A stretch of DNA of 64,000 bases from an uncultured Chthonomonadaceae bacterium (GCA_963835065.1 CAWIEK010000068.1:93986-157985); one strand, 5' to 3'. Numbered from the stretch's first letter, positions 8,933 to 19,346 are shown. Made by a program: numbers and translations. Notes: generated from the letters alone by a model not told the origin.

Positions 8933-10552
8933 ATGTCTGATTTAGCGGAAGTGGACGTTAAAATAGAAAGTGTCGGGCGGCGCGAGTTTCTACAGCGCGG
9001 GGCATTGACGGGCGCGGGCGCGGCGGCTGTACTGCTTGGCGGGGCGGGCTGCAAGGATATACGCGATCACGCCCGCAGTTTGACCGGGCCTGCGCCCGCG
9101 CAATGGACGGCTTTGCCCCACAACGCCGATGCGGTCACTCGCGCGGCGCATGTTCTCAACCGGGTGGCGTATGGCCCGCGTCCCGGCGATGTGGCGCGCG
9201 TGGCGCAAGTCGGCGGGGGAGCGTATGTCGAGGAACAATTGGCCGACAAGATGGACGAAGACCCCGCTGTGACGTGGCGCGTCAACGGCCTGGACACGCA
9301 GCAGATCGAGCGGGACGCGCCGGATACCCTGACGAGCTACGATGACGGCGAAGTGCTGACGCAAACGGCACAAGCCGCGCTGCTCCGCGCCGTTTACAGC
9401 CGCCACCAACTGCGCGAGGTTCTGGCCGATTTTTGGACCAACCATTTCAACATCTACGCGCTGAAAAACGACGGGCGTTCGCTCCTGCCGACGGATACCG
9501 AACACGTTATTCGCCCTCATGCGCTCGGAACGTTTCGGGAGCTGCTGACGGCTTCCGCGCACAGCCCCGCCATGCTCGGCTATCTGGACAACACGCAAAA
9601 CCGGCGCAAAAACGGAACCGAAAACGCCAACGAAAACTACGCCCGCGAACTGCTGGAACTGCACACGTTGGGCGTGAAAAGCGGCTACACGCAGCGCGAC
9701 ATACAGGAAGTGGCGCGCTGCTTCACGGGATGGACGGTGCATAAGGGCTGGGTCGCGCTGACGCTTGCCAATATGAGCAAGCCTTATAACAGTTTCGAGT
9801 ACGATCCAAAAGGGCATGATGAGGGCGCGAAGTATATCCCGTTCCTGAACCTGACCCTAACGCCCAACGGACATGAGCGGGACGCGGAAATGGTTTTGGA
9901 GCGGCTTGCCATGCACCCGGCAACCGCGCATTTCATTGCCCGCAAACTGTGCCACCGCTTTTTGGGAACCATGACCGGGCCGATTGTGGAGAAGGCGGCG
10001 ACCGCTTACCTGAACAGCAAAAGCGACATTCGCGCCACGCTGCGCCCCATTCTGCTGGACGGCCTTGCCGACCCCGCGCAGTGCCAGCCCATTTTGAAGC
10101 GCCCGCTGGATTATGTCGCCGGTTCGCTGCGCGCGCTTGCCGCCGATACGGACGGGGGCGGCAATCTGCAAAAGTTCCTGGGCGACATGGGGCAGCCGCT
10201 GTACCAATGGCCGATGCCGGACGGCTTTCCTGAAAAAACGTCCGCCTGGGCCAGTTCTCTGCTTCCGCGCTGGAATTACGCCCTCGCTTTGACCGCTAAC
10301 AAAATCGGCGGCACAAGCGTGGATTTGCAGGCTCCGCTCCAATCCGCCAACGCCACATCGGATGCCGCCATGACAGACACGCTGCTGGAAACCGTCTTCG
10401 GCAGGCCGCATGACGCCCCGGAACTGGCGCAAACGCGGCAACAGATCAGCGGGCATGTCGAACGCGCCCGTCGGGACAGCGTAAACGAGCCTACTTTGCT
10501 GGCTGAAACCGTCGCGCTGCTGCTGGCAGCCCCGGCTTATCAGTGGAAGTGA
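8933..10552 (+). CDS. DUF1800 family protein with Tat-like leader
   Basis: HVLNRVAYG, FWTNHFN, MLGYLDN, NENYARELLELHTLG, EVARCFTGW; GRREFL twin-arginine. Confidence 0.9.
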   Translation: MSDLAEVDVKIESVGRREFLQRGALTGAGAAAVLLGGAGCKDIRDHARSLTGPAPAQWTALPHNADAVTRAAHVLNRVAYGPRPGDVARVAQVGGGAYVEEQLADKMDEDPAVTWRVNGLDTQQIERDAPDTLTSYDDGEVLTQTAQAALLRAVYSRHQLREVLADFWTNHFNIYALKNDGRSLLPTDTEHVIRPHALGTFRELLTASAHSPAMLGYLDNTQNRRKNGTENANENYARELLELHTLGVKSGYTQRDIQEVARCFTGWTVHKGWVALTLANMSKPYNSFEYDPKGHDEGAKYIPFLNLTLTPNGHERDAEMVLERLAMHPATAHFIARKLCHRFLGTMTGPIVEKAATAYLNSKSDIRATLRPILLDGLADPAQCQPILKRPLDYVAGSLRALAADTDGGGNLQKFLGDMGQPLYQWPMPDGFPEKTSAWASSLLPRWNYALALTANKIGGTSVDLQAPLQSANATSDAAMTDTLLETVFGRPHDAPELAQTRQQISGHVERARRDSVNEPTLLAETVALLLAAPAYQWK

Positions 10553-10572
10553 AAATTGAAAGATAACCCTTT

Positions 10573-11971
10573 ATGCGCGTGTTGATAACCGGAGGCGATA
10601 CCCGGCTGGCGCAAATCGCTATGCCCGGCCTGCAAGCGGAACATGAAGTCGTGGTTTTGGAGGCGGATGCTCTGCTGAACCCGGCGGGGCTGGAAACCGC
10701 GTTGGCGGGCATTGAGACTGTGCTGCATCTTGCGCCCCTGCTTGCCCTTACCGATGAGCGGCGCGCGTTCGATCTGGCGACGCGGGGCACGTACAATCTG
10801 ATGAAAGCCGCGATTGCTTCGGGCGTTCGGCGCGTGGTTGTCGGCAGTACGCTGGATTTGTTTGACCGCGTTCCTATCGCGTGGAAAGTGACGGAAGGCT
10901 GGCGTCCGCGCCCCCGGCCCGTTCCCGAACATCTGGTTCCCGCTTCTGGCGGAACAATCTGTCCGGGAAGCGGCGCGGAGCGTTGATCTGCCTGTCACCT
11001 GTCTGCGTTTTGGGCGGGCGGATGAGGAAACAATTGCCGAACATATCCGGGATGGGGTTTCGGCGGCGGGGGAGCATCGTCCATTCTGGCGCGTTCGGCA
11101 TGTGGGTACGCGAACGGGCAATCGCAAAGACGATGGGCGCAGTTGGCAGGAGATACTTGGCCCGGAACAGCCCATTGCCTCGCGCCTGATTCGCAAGGTT
11201 GTCGTATTCGGCGCGGGCGGGCCGGTTGCCGCCGCAGCCGCGCAGGAGTTGAAATCTACATACACCCTGCGCCTGACAGACCTGCGCCTTCTGGAAGAGA
11301 TTGCGCGGGAAGGCAAGCCACAAAGCGAGTACGCGCCCCTGCCCGTTCCTCTGGATGCGCCGCATGAAAACCGCGTGGTGGATGTACGCGATTACGCCCA
11401 GGTGGAAGCCGCCTGCGAGGGCATGGACGCGATTGTAAACTGCACCGTGCTGCGCCATGACCCCGAAGACGCCTTTCACGTCAATACGTGGGGCGCGTAC
11501 AACATCGCTCGCGCCGCCGTCCGGCACAACATACGCCGTTTGGTACATACCGGGCCGCAAATGGTGGCGCTGACGCCCGAAGTCGGCTACTGGGGCGACG
11601 AGGAAGTTCCCGGCAACGCCCCGCCCCGCGTGGGAACGCATTTGTACGGCCACAGCAAGTTTTTGGGGCAGGAAATACTCCGCGTGTTTGCCGAATACTA
11701 CGGCCTGGAAGTTCCCACGTTGCTGTACAACATTTTCGTCACGCCCGACAAGCCGTTCGGCATGGATCAGTTTGCCGTCAGTTGGCGGGATTCGGCGCGC
11801 GCCCTGCGCGCCGCGCTGGAAGTGGCGTGTCTGCCCAACCCCTACGAAATCATGAACATTTCCGCCGACCTGCCGCATGGCCGCTTTCTGCCGGACCGCG
11901 CCGAGGAATTGCTAGGCTGGAAACCGCTCGACGACCTGCATCAAAACTGGCGAATACAGCATGAGCGTTAA
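10573..11971 (+). CDS. Two-domain NAD-dependent epimerase/dehydratase (one frameshift near 10940)
   Basis: RVLITGG; second domain VVVFGAGG...YGHSK; shifted frame reads LLAEQSVREAARSVDLPVTCLRFG into the 11102 ORF. Confidence 0.8.
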
Positions 11972-12402
11972 GCGGTAAGCGCAGGGGCCGTACATCTATC
12001 TCTTCCCCAATCAGCGGGAACGCCGACCTTTGCCAACAAGTGGGGCAAGCAAAGGATGAAGGAGGAATGATAAGAGATAAGAGTATGTAGAGGCATCGTC
12101 GAAATCTTGGCAATACAGCGCTTCCAGCCCGATGTCTCGTTGTGTCTGGTTGTAGAAGAGAGGCGTCATGGCCTCAGCAGCATCAGGGCGAACGGGAGGG
12201 GTGAAACATAGGACTGGCACCTCCCTTCTTGTCGGTATAACGTCTGAATAGTAGACGTATGTTTATATTTAGACAGGGCGAGTGAGGCAAAGGTTTCGTT
12301 TGTTTCGCGTTGTTTGGCTCTTTTTTCTATCTTTTTTTGTGGGATTGGTTTTGTGGGAGGGTTGCTGTTAGCGTCGTAGGGGAACGAGCAGGAGGCGCAG
12401 GG

Positions 12403-12801
12403 ATGGAGCCGAAGATGGGCAAGCGGATTGTGAAAATTCTTCTGGTTAACCCAATTTGCCAGAAAGACAGTTATGTACACTACGCCACCTATAAACTTGT
12501 GGAAGGTGAAGCCTGTCTTTCTGGAACCTACTATTCGGAGGCTTTTAGTGACAAATGGTTTGTAGGAAAAATGATTCCTACAAAGTATTCGAGGCGTCAT
12601 TCCAAACTGTTAATGATTAGACCTCTTGGAGAGAAAAGATTGCTGACCGATCAAGAAATGCTTCAACTGGAAACAGAGTACGATTTCAGAGCCGCCACAC
12701 AGAGGCCGGAAACGCCGCCAGAGCAACTTATGGACAAATCACATAGAAGTTGGACATTGGGCGGCAGAATTTCCTCTCGTCATTGTCCAATGTTTACCTG
12801 A
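12403..12801 (+). CDS. Variable-core family B copy 1 (MEPKMGKR...RAATQRPETPPEQL)
   Basis: Shares the RBS and first ~10 codons with the 13829 and 15382 genes; diverged C-terminal motif. Confidence 0.6.
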   Translation: MEPKMGKRIVKILLVNPICQKDSYVHYATYKLVEGEACLSGTYYSEAFSDKWFVGKMIPTKYSRRHSKLLMIRPLGEKRLLTDQEMLQLETEYDFRAATQRPETPPEQLMDKSHRSWTLGGRISSRHCPMFT

Positions 12802-12847
12802 TTTGTCCATTATGTGGACGTCTGTGGAGCAGGAGTAAGGGCGCAAG

Positions 12848-13426
12848 ATGAAACGTGAACTGGCGCGCTTTTGGTACAGGTTTAAGAACTGGTTTCGCAC
12901 AAAACCGGCGCCGGGGGAGCCGCTGACGTTCCTGTGCGGGTCGGAAGAAGAATTACGACGGGTGACAACATGGATGTGCCATGCGAATGAGAAAGTGTTT
13001 CTTGAACAAAAGAAAACGATTGTTTTCTACCATGCCGCAACGCCCTATTGTAAAGCACGTGTTTCTTCACAACCCATAAAGCTTATCCATAGCTTCATTC
13101 ACGAACCGCTTAATCACGAATGGAAATATATCCTTCAATGGAGTACAGTGATTTTGGAACACAACCAATTTACAGGCACATACTGGGACTTTATGCCAGA
13201 AATGGTTTGTCATTTCCCGGAAATGATTGGCAATCTACCAATGCGAGGGTTGCCGCAGTGGTTCCATGTATGTGAAATCCCCTTAACTTTAGAAGTAACT
13301 GTTCACCCTCCCTCCGCCCATGAACGCGCCGAAGCCTTGCTTGCTCTCTCGGAATGGCTCGACGGCAAAGTAAGCGAACAGGAAAAGCGCGAACTGCTGC
13401 AACTGCCCAATGATGTGGAAATCTGA
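12848..13426 (+). CDS. Variable-core family A copy 1
   Basis: AGGAG RBS; paralogue of 16095..16682. Confidence 0.8.
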   Translation: MKRELARFWYRFKNWFRTKPAPGEPLTFLCGSEEELRRVTTWMCHANEKVFLEQKKTIVFYHAATPYCKARVSSQPIKLIHSFIHEPLNHEWKYILQWSTVILEHNQFTGTYWDFMPEMVCHFPEMIGNLPMRGLPQWFHVCEIPLTLEVTVHPPSAHERAEALLALSEWLDGKVSEQEKRELLQLPNDVEI

Positions 13427-13483
13427 CCGCCTGCGCGCCATTGAGCGGGGGTGTGAAAGCAGGTAGTTTTATATGCTAAGCGG

Positions 13484-13600
13484 CCATGCGGAGTAACTTC
13501 GTAGTTTTTTGCAACCCGTGCTAGGCCGTGAACGACCTGTCTATGTGGTCTGCGACCAACCGGTCTGCGACCGGAAATTCTACGAACTTACTCTGTGCGG
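13484..13600 (+). other. Long inverted repeat enclosing three hairpins (candidate structured RNA or MITE)
   Basis: GAGTAACTTCGTAG (13491) / CTACGAACTTACTC (13580); internal GGTC-TGC-GACC twice. Confidence 0.45.
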
Positions 13601-13668
13601 ATGCTTAGTATTTTCCACAGAGGTACAACGACACTTTTCTCTACTTAAAATTTGTTCTGGCATGAGAA

Positions 13669-13699
13669 GGGCACGGCGGGAAGTCTTCCCGCCGTGCCC
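13669..13699. terminator. 14-bp perfect GC-rich hairpin
   Basis: GGGCACGGCGGGAA-GTC-TTCCCGCCGTGCCC; weak U-tract. Confidence 0.5.
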
Positions 13700-13828
13700 C
13701 AACTATTTCACAAGCCTCAATTTTGTCCGGCCTTGCAAGTCTGTGGAATTGTCGCTATAATGTACGCATCCGGCAACAAGGCCGTAACGGGCTATTGGGT
13801 ATGCGGGCAAAGGCAGGAGGGCGCGGGG

Positions 13829-14269
13829 ATGGAACCGAAGATGGGCAAGCGGATGGTGAGCAGGGGGGAGTATCTGCGGATACAGGCTACACGCATTGGC
13901 CTGGCTTGCTTGACAGTAATATGCGGCTTTATGCTCATCGAATTCGGAGGAGATGTTGTTATCTTTATATTAGATTTTTTCTCTGGCGTCCGCTATACCC
14001 TCCATTCAAATCGTGCGTTCTATACGGTTGAGTCCAGCGTAGTAACCTTCTGCTTCTACAAAGGAATGAAGACCAGTTTCAGAAAATTTGCGAAGATTAA
14101 ACCCGGTATTCCTCTCACACGTGCCAACGCCGCCGACATGCCCGCCTCCGAAAGCCTTGTACGCGCTTCGGAAGAACCTATGCAGGCACAGGAGGCCGTG
14201 TTGCTCCGAGCTGCTGCAGAGGAACAGGAACGGCATGAAGAGCAACTTGTACGGGCTGTAATAGATTAG
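13829..14269 (+). CDS. Variable-core family B copy 2 (two TM segments)
   Basis: MEPKMGKRMVS... PLTRANAAD...LLRAAAEEQERHEEQLVRAV. Confidence 0.8.
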   Translation: MEPKMGKRMVSRGEYLRIQATRIGLACLTVICGFMLIEFGGDVVIFILDFFSGVRYTLHSNRAFYTVESSVVTFCFYKGMKTSFRKFAKIKPGIPLTRANAADMPASESLVRASEEPMQAQEAVLLRAAAEEQERHEEQLVRAVID

Positions 14270-14365
14270 AAGTAGACGTGACTTTACTCTGCGATTGATT
14301 CGATACCTTGCTCTCCATACTTCCGACTTGCTGCTGACACTGACACGGCAGCAAGGATAATATCT

Positions 14366-15316
14366 ATGAAAATAGAGCGATTGCTTCCGAAGTGGGTTTT
14401 GCGCTCGCTTATGTTGATAGGCGTCGTACTTTCCTGTCTCCTTGTTTATAAGACATTTACATTTACCATGACAGGCAGATACGCCCGCTATTTGACGGGA
14501 GGCTCTTTCTCTGGTACACACCCGGATATGTCCCCTGACGGCAACACCATTGTCTTTGCCACACCACACACAGGCCGAGGGGACATCTACAGCATTTCGG
14601 CGGATGGGACTTCCCGAAAACAACTTACCTCCTGCTGGAACTATGAAGGGGAACCCCATTACGCGCCAAAGGGAGATTGGATTGCTTACATTCGAGAGGA
14701 TGAGGAAGGAATAACGCATGTGTGGGTGATGCGCGCGGATGGTTCGGGGCAAAGACAACTCACACATGGAACCAATCATGAACATTCTCCCTGTTTTTCT
14801 CCTGACGGAACGCAGATTGTCTTTACAAGAAGCTATCCCAATACTGACACGGCTTTGTTTGAAGTGTCTGTAAGCGACAACACTGTCCATCCGCTCACAC
14901 AATCCGGGCAGACGGAAGGACAAGCGAGTTTTGACCGCGCGGGCAATCGGCTTGTATTTGCCTCGGGGCCACCTGCGGGGGAATGGCTCCTCAAGACAAC
15001 GGGAGAGAAAACCTTTGTTGGCGCGGGCGGCTTATCGTCGTGCTTGTCTCCCGATGGGAATCATATTGCCTTCATCAACAATGCCGATAAGCCTCAACTG
15101 TGTGTAATGAACAGTGACGGTTCCGGTGTGAAAACGATTTATGGATCACTGGAATCGTTGTATGAGCCAGGCGGATACATGGAGGCTTGCGCCTTCTCTC
15201 CAGATAGCAAACATATCCTTTTCTTAGAAGCGCGAGAACAGGACCGGGGCACTGGCTTGATCTCCTTAATCGGCGTGGACGGCAAAGGTCTTCAGCGTAT
15301 AGGCAGCAGTTTCTAA
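14366..15316 (+). CDS. TolB-like PD40-repeat beta-propeller protein
   Basis: Repeated SPDG motifs, 'WVMRADGSGQRQLT'; N-terminal TM/signal. Confidence 0.88.
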   Translation: MKIERLLPKWVLRSLMLIGVVLSCLLVYKTFTFTMTGRYARYLTGGSFSGTHPDMSPDGNTIVFATPHTGRGDIYSISADGTSRKQLTSCWNYEGEPHYAPKGDWIAYIREDEEGITHVWVMRADGSGQRQLTHGTNHEHSPCFSPDGTQIVFTRSYPNTDTALFEVSVSDNTVHPLTQSGQTEGQASFDRAGNRLVFASGPPAGEWLLKTTGEKTFVGAGGLSSCLSPDGNHIAFINNADKPQLCVMNSDGSGVKTIYGSLESLYEPGGYMEACAFSPDSKHILFLEAREQDRGTGLISLIGVDGKGLQRIGSSF

Positions 15317-15381
15317 ACAATATTCTTTAGGACACTCTTTGCAACTCTGAACAACAAAAACATAAAGCAGGAGGCGCAGGA

Positions 15382-15831
15382 ATGGAGCCGAAGACGGGCA
15401 AGCGGATTGTGAGCAAGAGGGAGTATGCGAAGGCGCAGGGCATTAAAGGTGGCCTCAATCTTGGCAGATTTGGCCTTCTACTTTTTTCCATCCTCTGGAG
15501 TTTGTTGGCTGGTCTTTACCTACTGCGCCTAGTAACGGGCATGTGGTGGGATGTTTCGCCTTTCCTAATCTGGGTCGCCTGTCTTACATGTGGGGGCGCA
15601 TCCTACTTGTGTTACCTCACCATGAAAGCCGTTGACCGTCGAATACAGGGATTTGAAAAAGTGCAGCCTCTCACCCGCGCCAACGCCGCCGATCTTCCCG
15701 CGCCTGACAGCCTTGTACGCGCCAGTTCAGAGCCGATGCAGGCACAGGAGGCCGTGTTGCTCAGGGCTGCCGCAGAGGAACAGGAACGGCATGAAGAGCA
15801 ACTTGTACGAGCAGTGGAAGGGCCGGAGTGA
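15382..15831 (+). CDS. Variable-core family B copy 3 (two TM segments)
   Basis: MEPKTGKRIVS... PLTRANAAD...LLRAAAEEQERHEEQLVRAV. Confidence 0.8.
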   Translation: MEPKTGKRIVSKREYAKAQGIKGGLNLGRFGLLLFSILWSLLAGLYLLRLVTGMWWDVSPFLIWVACLTCGGASYLCYLTMKAVDRRIQGFEKVQPLTRANAADLPAPDSLVRASSEPMQAQEAVLLRAAAEEQERHEEQLVRAVEGPE

Positions 15832-15912
15832 GGTCAAGCAATTTTACATGATATTCACTCCCGAACACATTCTTGCCAGGGGTTAAACCCCTGTCCCTAT
15901 GGCCTGCCGAGT

Positions 15913-16040
15913 GCCGGGTATTGAAAATACCCGGCAGGAAAGTACAAGCGTCCTACGGACGCAGAACTCTGTAAATAAAGAATCGCGTCCGTAGGACGCT
16001 TGGCGGAACGCCACCGAGACGGGTACTTTCAGTACCCGGC
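15913..16040. repeat. REP/REPIN-like element, copy 2
   Basis: GCCGGGTATT-GAA-AATACCCGGC aggaaagtacaa GCGTCCTACGGACGC, with an inverted partner. Confidence 0.8.
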
Positions 16041-16094
16041 AAAACGTGTCCGGGAGTGAATCAAATTTGCTGATGTGAAAAGGAGCGTCGGAAG

Positions 16095-16682
16095 ATGAAA
16101 CCTGGACTGGCGCGCTTCTGGTATCGGTTCAAGAACTGGTTTCGCACAAAGCCGGGGCCGGGAGAGCCGCTACGATTTCTGTGCGGGTCGGAGGAAGAAT
16201 TGCGGCGCGTGACGACTTGGATGTGCCATTACTATTATCCTGACCCCTGTAATCCCTACGGCAAGGTTCATGTCACATACTCTGCGTCAGCACAATGCGG
16301 GCTGGAAAATTCAAGAATTCATTTCGACCACGTATGGCCTGTTGGTACATCAATGCCGTCTAACCAACCGTTCTCGGATGACAATGAGTTATTATTGATG
16401 TTCCGGGGCTGTCTGTTGATTTCAAGCCGCAACTTGTTTTCTGGTACTCAATGGATGGAGATACCAGTGTACCGGTCGTTTTTGCCGATAAACAACCCTC
16501 CGGGTTTGCGGAGGTTGCTTGGCATCGCAGAAGACCCTATCAACCTGACTGTGATTGTACAACCTCCCTCCCCACAAGAACGCGCCGAAGCCCTCTTGTC
16601 GCTTTCCGAATGGCTGGACGGCAAAGTAAGTGAGCAGGAAAAACGCGAACTGCTGCAATTGCCCGACGATGTAGAAGTCTGA
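16095..16682 (+). CDS. Variable-core family A copy 2
   Basis: AGGAG RBS; paralogue of 12848..13426. Confidence 0.8.
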   Translation: MKPGLARFWYRFKNWFRTKPGPGEPLRFLCGSEEELRRVTTWMCHYYYPDPCNPYGKVHVTYSASAQCGLENSRIHFDHVWPVGTSMPSNQPFSDDNELLLMFRGCLLISSRNLFSGTQWMEIPVYRSFLPINNPPGLRRLLGIAEDPINLTVIVQPPSPQERAEALLSLSEWLDGKVSEQEKRELLQLPDDVEV

Positions 16683-16878
16683 TAGCCGCCGCTGTCGGGA
16701 AGGAAAGGCGTGAGGGAAGGATAAAACAAACTGAACCGCGAATACACGCGCATAAACGAACTGTTATAATGTGAAAGGCGCGGCTTGTGAATGGAAGACT
16801 GGAATGTTCCTCTGCCATTCGCGTGTATTCGCGTTCCTTCGCGGCTAATTTCTCATATTTAGGAGAGAAACGAATTTT

Positions 16879-17693
16879 ATGGAACCCAAGAATCCGACAG
16901 CGACCTGGATGATTTTTTGTTCGATCTGCGCGGTTACATCATTCTGGAAAACGCGATTGAGCCGGAACTGCTGGCCGACCTGAACCATGCTTTTGACAAC
17001 TTTCCGGCCTTGCAGCAGGGCGAATGGTGGGGCAACGCGCAGCGCCGGGATTATACGGGCGAAACGGGCTTTGAACTGCACAACTGCGTGGAAGTGGGCG
17101 AGCCGTTCGAGAAACTGATTGACCATCCCGGCTGGATCAACTATGTGCGGCGGTACTGCGGCGAGGAAAAGTCGTATGTGCAGGGCTTGTTTATTGACGA
17201 GGCCATTGCGTCCATACGGCGTTCGGGCGGGCATCACCCGGTTCATTCGGGCGGCTATCAGGGGGCGCTGCGGGGCGCGTACCAGTATACGAACGGCGTG
17301 TTTCGCTGCGGGCAGTGCAACATCCTGCTGGCGCTGACGGATGTGGGCGAGGGCGACGGGCCGACAATGGTGATTCCCGGCAGCCACAAGTCCAACTTTC
17401 CGCATCCCCTGCAAGGCGACTATCAGCGCGGCGACCGCATGGACACGCTGGAAGGCGCAATTCCCGTATATCTAAAAAAGGGAGACGCCGTGCTGTTCGT
17501 GGACGGCATCATGCACGGGGGCAGCAGCCGTACAAAAGAGGGCGGGGAACGGCGCGTCACCATTTATCGTTATGGGCCGTTGTGGGCATCCACGCGCTTC
17601 GGCTTCGAGTATTCGCCCGCCCTGCTGGAGCGGCTGACTCCCGCGCGCCGCAAAATTTTGCAGCCCGTTCCGCCCAACCGCCCGCCGCAGTGA
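16879..17693 (+). CDS. Phytanoyl-CoA dioxygenase (PhyH) family protein (frameshift near 16900)
   Basis: FDLRGYIILENA, ALTDVGEGDGPTMVIPGSHK, MHGG; ATG 16879 with RBS is one base out of frame. Confidence 0.85.
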
Positions 17694-17847
17694 GTGCCGG
17701 GGATTGCAAATCCCCGGCAGGCGTTCCGGGTACTGAAAGTACCCGGCAGGACAAAACAAGCGTCTTTCAGACGCGACACTCTCCTATTGAATTGTGCGTC
17801 CGCAGGACGCTTGTACTTTCCTGCCGGGGATTGAAAATCCCCGGCAC
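17694..17847. repeat. REP/REPIN-like element, copy 3
   Basis: Three long palindromes plus two GCGTC..GACGC palindromes directly after the PhyH stop. Confidence 0.8.
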
Positions 17848-17899
17848 ATGACCCAAAATGCTTGACAACACCAATGAAACATTTTTCAGGAGAAAGATT

Positions 17900-19216
17900 G
17901 TGACTACTTTACGCCCTTTTGCGCCCTGCCGAACCCTGCGCGTTCTGCCGGCGCTGCTGACATTGACTGCTGTTGCCTGCGCCGCGTCCGTGTTCGCGCA
18001 GGCTCCGGCGACGCCCGCCGCTGTTATCAAGTGGAGCATGGGCAAGTACGCGCAAATGCCGTCGTTTTCGGCGGATTGTACCTGGAACGTCGCGTATCCC
18101 GGCACACCCGGCAATACGGCCCAACGGACGCTGCAATATGCCAAACCCAACCGCTTTAAGATGGTCAGCGCGATGTCGAAAGGCATGTTTACGCAGTACA
18201 GCGTCAGCGACGGCAAAAGTCAGGTGGAGTACGCCAAAGGCGCGATGACGATGCCCGCGCAAAAGTTTGCCGCCCCGCCTTCGCTTGCCGACGCGCACAC
18301 GATGTACTTGCAGCATCCCATGTTCTGCGGCACACTGCTGTACAACTTCTTCGGCGGCGCGGCAAAGTACCCGGCTTTGGTCAACGAAGCGAAAATGCCC
18401 CTTGCTTTCGGGCGCGACGTGACGCTGGAAGGACAGCCGTGTAAAACCGTGACGTTTTGGGCGCAGGGGCAGTACGGCAAAACGGAAGTGGCGATTGGCG
18501 CGAAGGACGGCCTGGTACACCGTATCCGCTACGACAGCCAGCCCCTGATGGAGCAGACGCGCAAAATGATGCAATCGCCGCAATTCCAGCAGCAGATGCA
18601 GAAGATGAACAAGGGCGGCAAGGGCATGGGCGACATGGCGAAAATGATGCCCACCACATCCGACACAACCGAAACGTACAGCCACCTCGCGGTTGGCAAG
18701 CCCATTGCTCCCGCCACGTTTGCCGCCACCGTTCCCGCCGGTTTGAAAACGCTGGATATGGCCGCCATGATGAAGCAGCAAGCCCGCGCTACGCTTCCCA
18801 TCGGCAAGCCCGCGCCCAACTTTACGGTTGTCGGCATGAACGGCGCGAAAACCAGACTGTCGGACTATCGGGGCAAAGTGGTGCTGCTGGACTTTTGGGC
18901 AACGTGGTGTCCGCCCTGCCGCAAGGGGCTGCCGGAAACGCAGAAGTTCCACGCGGATTACGGGCAAAAGGGACTCGCGGTGCTGGCAATCAGCGCGGAA
19001 AACAAGCCCATCGTGCAGAACTTCCTGACGCAAAACAAGTACACCTTCCCCACGTATCTCGATGCGGGCAGCGTGGCGAACAAGTCCTACGGCATTACCG
19101 GCATCCCGACAACGGTTGTGATTGACCGTGCCGGCAATGTCGTTGCCTTTATGGTGGGTCTGAACCCGCGCGAAAATATCCTCGCCGCCCTGAAAAAAGC
19201 AGGGTTAAAAATATAA
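17900..19216 (+). CDS. Secreted protein: LolA-like N-domain plus TlpA/ResA thioredoxin domain
   Basis: Signal peptide; 'YAKPNRFKM'; C-terminal GKVVLLDFWATWCPPC and GIPTTVVID. Confidence 0.85.
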   Translation: MTTLRPFAPCRTLRVLPALLTLTAVACAASVFAQAPATPAAVIKWSMGKYAQMPSFSADCTWNVAYPGTPGNTAQRTLQYAKPNRFKMVSAMSKGMFTQYSVSDGKSQVEYAKGAMTMPAQKFAAPPSLADAHTMYLQHPMFCGTLLYNFFGGAAKYPALVNEAKMPLAFGRDVTLEGQPCKTVTFWAQGQYGKTEVAIGAKDGLVHRIRYDSQPLMEQTRKMMQSPQFQQQMQKMNKGGKGMGDMAKMMPTTSDTTETYSHLAVGKPIAPATFAATVPAGLKTLDMAAMMKQQARATLPIGKPAPNFTVVGMNGAKTRLSDYRGKVVLLDFWATWCPPCRKGLPETQKFHADYGQKGLAVLAISAENKPIVQNFLTQNKYTFPTYLDAGSVANKSYGITGIPTTVVIDRAGNVVAFMVGLNPRENILAALKKAGLKI

Positions 19217-19346
19217 GAACGGTTATACGCTGTAATCAAAGTGTTCGCTTGCAGCGTATACCAGAGGAAGACGAAAACAGAGTTGTCGTCAGCAAGAGTA
19301 AGATAGAAAACAAACTGACTAAGGTTGTCTGCAAAGGAGAAACAAC

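Noticed and set aside
11960..12220. Possible small frameshifted minus-strand gene (YCQD...CPTCW)
   Set aside because: Requires an assumed frameshift and has no recognisable family.
12388..16682. Diversity-generating retroelement or integron as the cause of the variable genes
   Set aside because: No reverse transcriptase or integrase in the window; differences between copies are not adenine-restricted; no recurring attC-like site between the genes.
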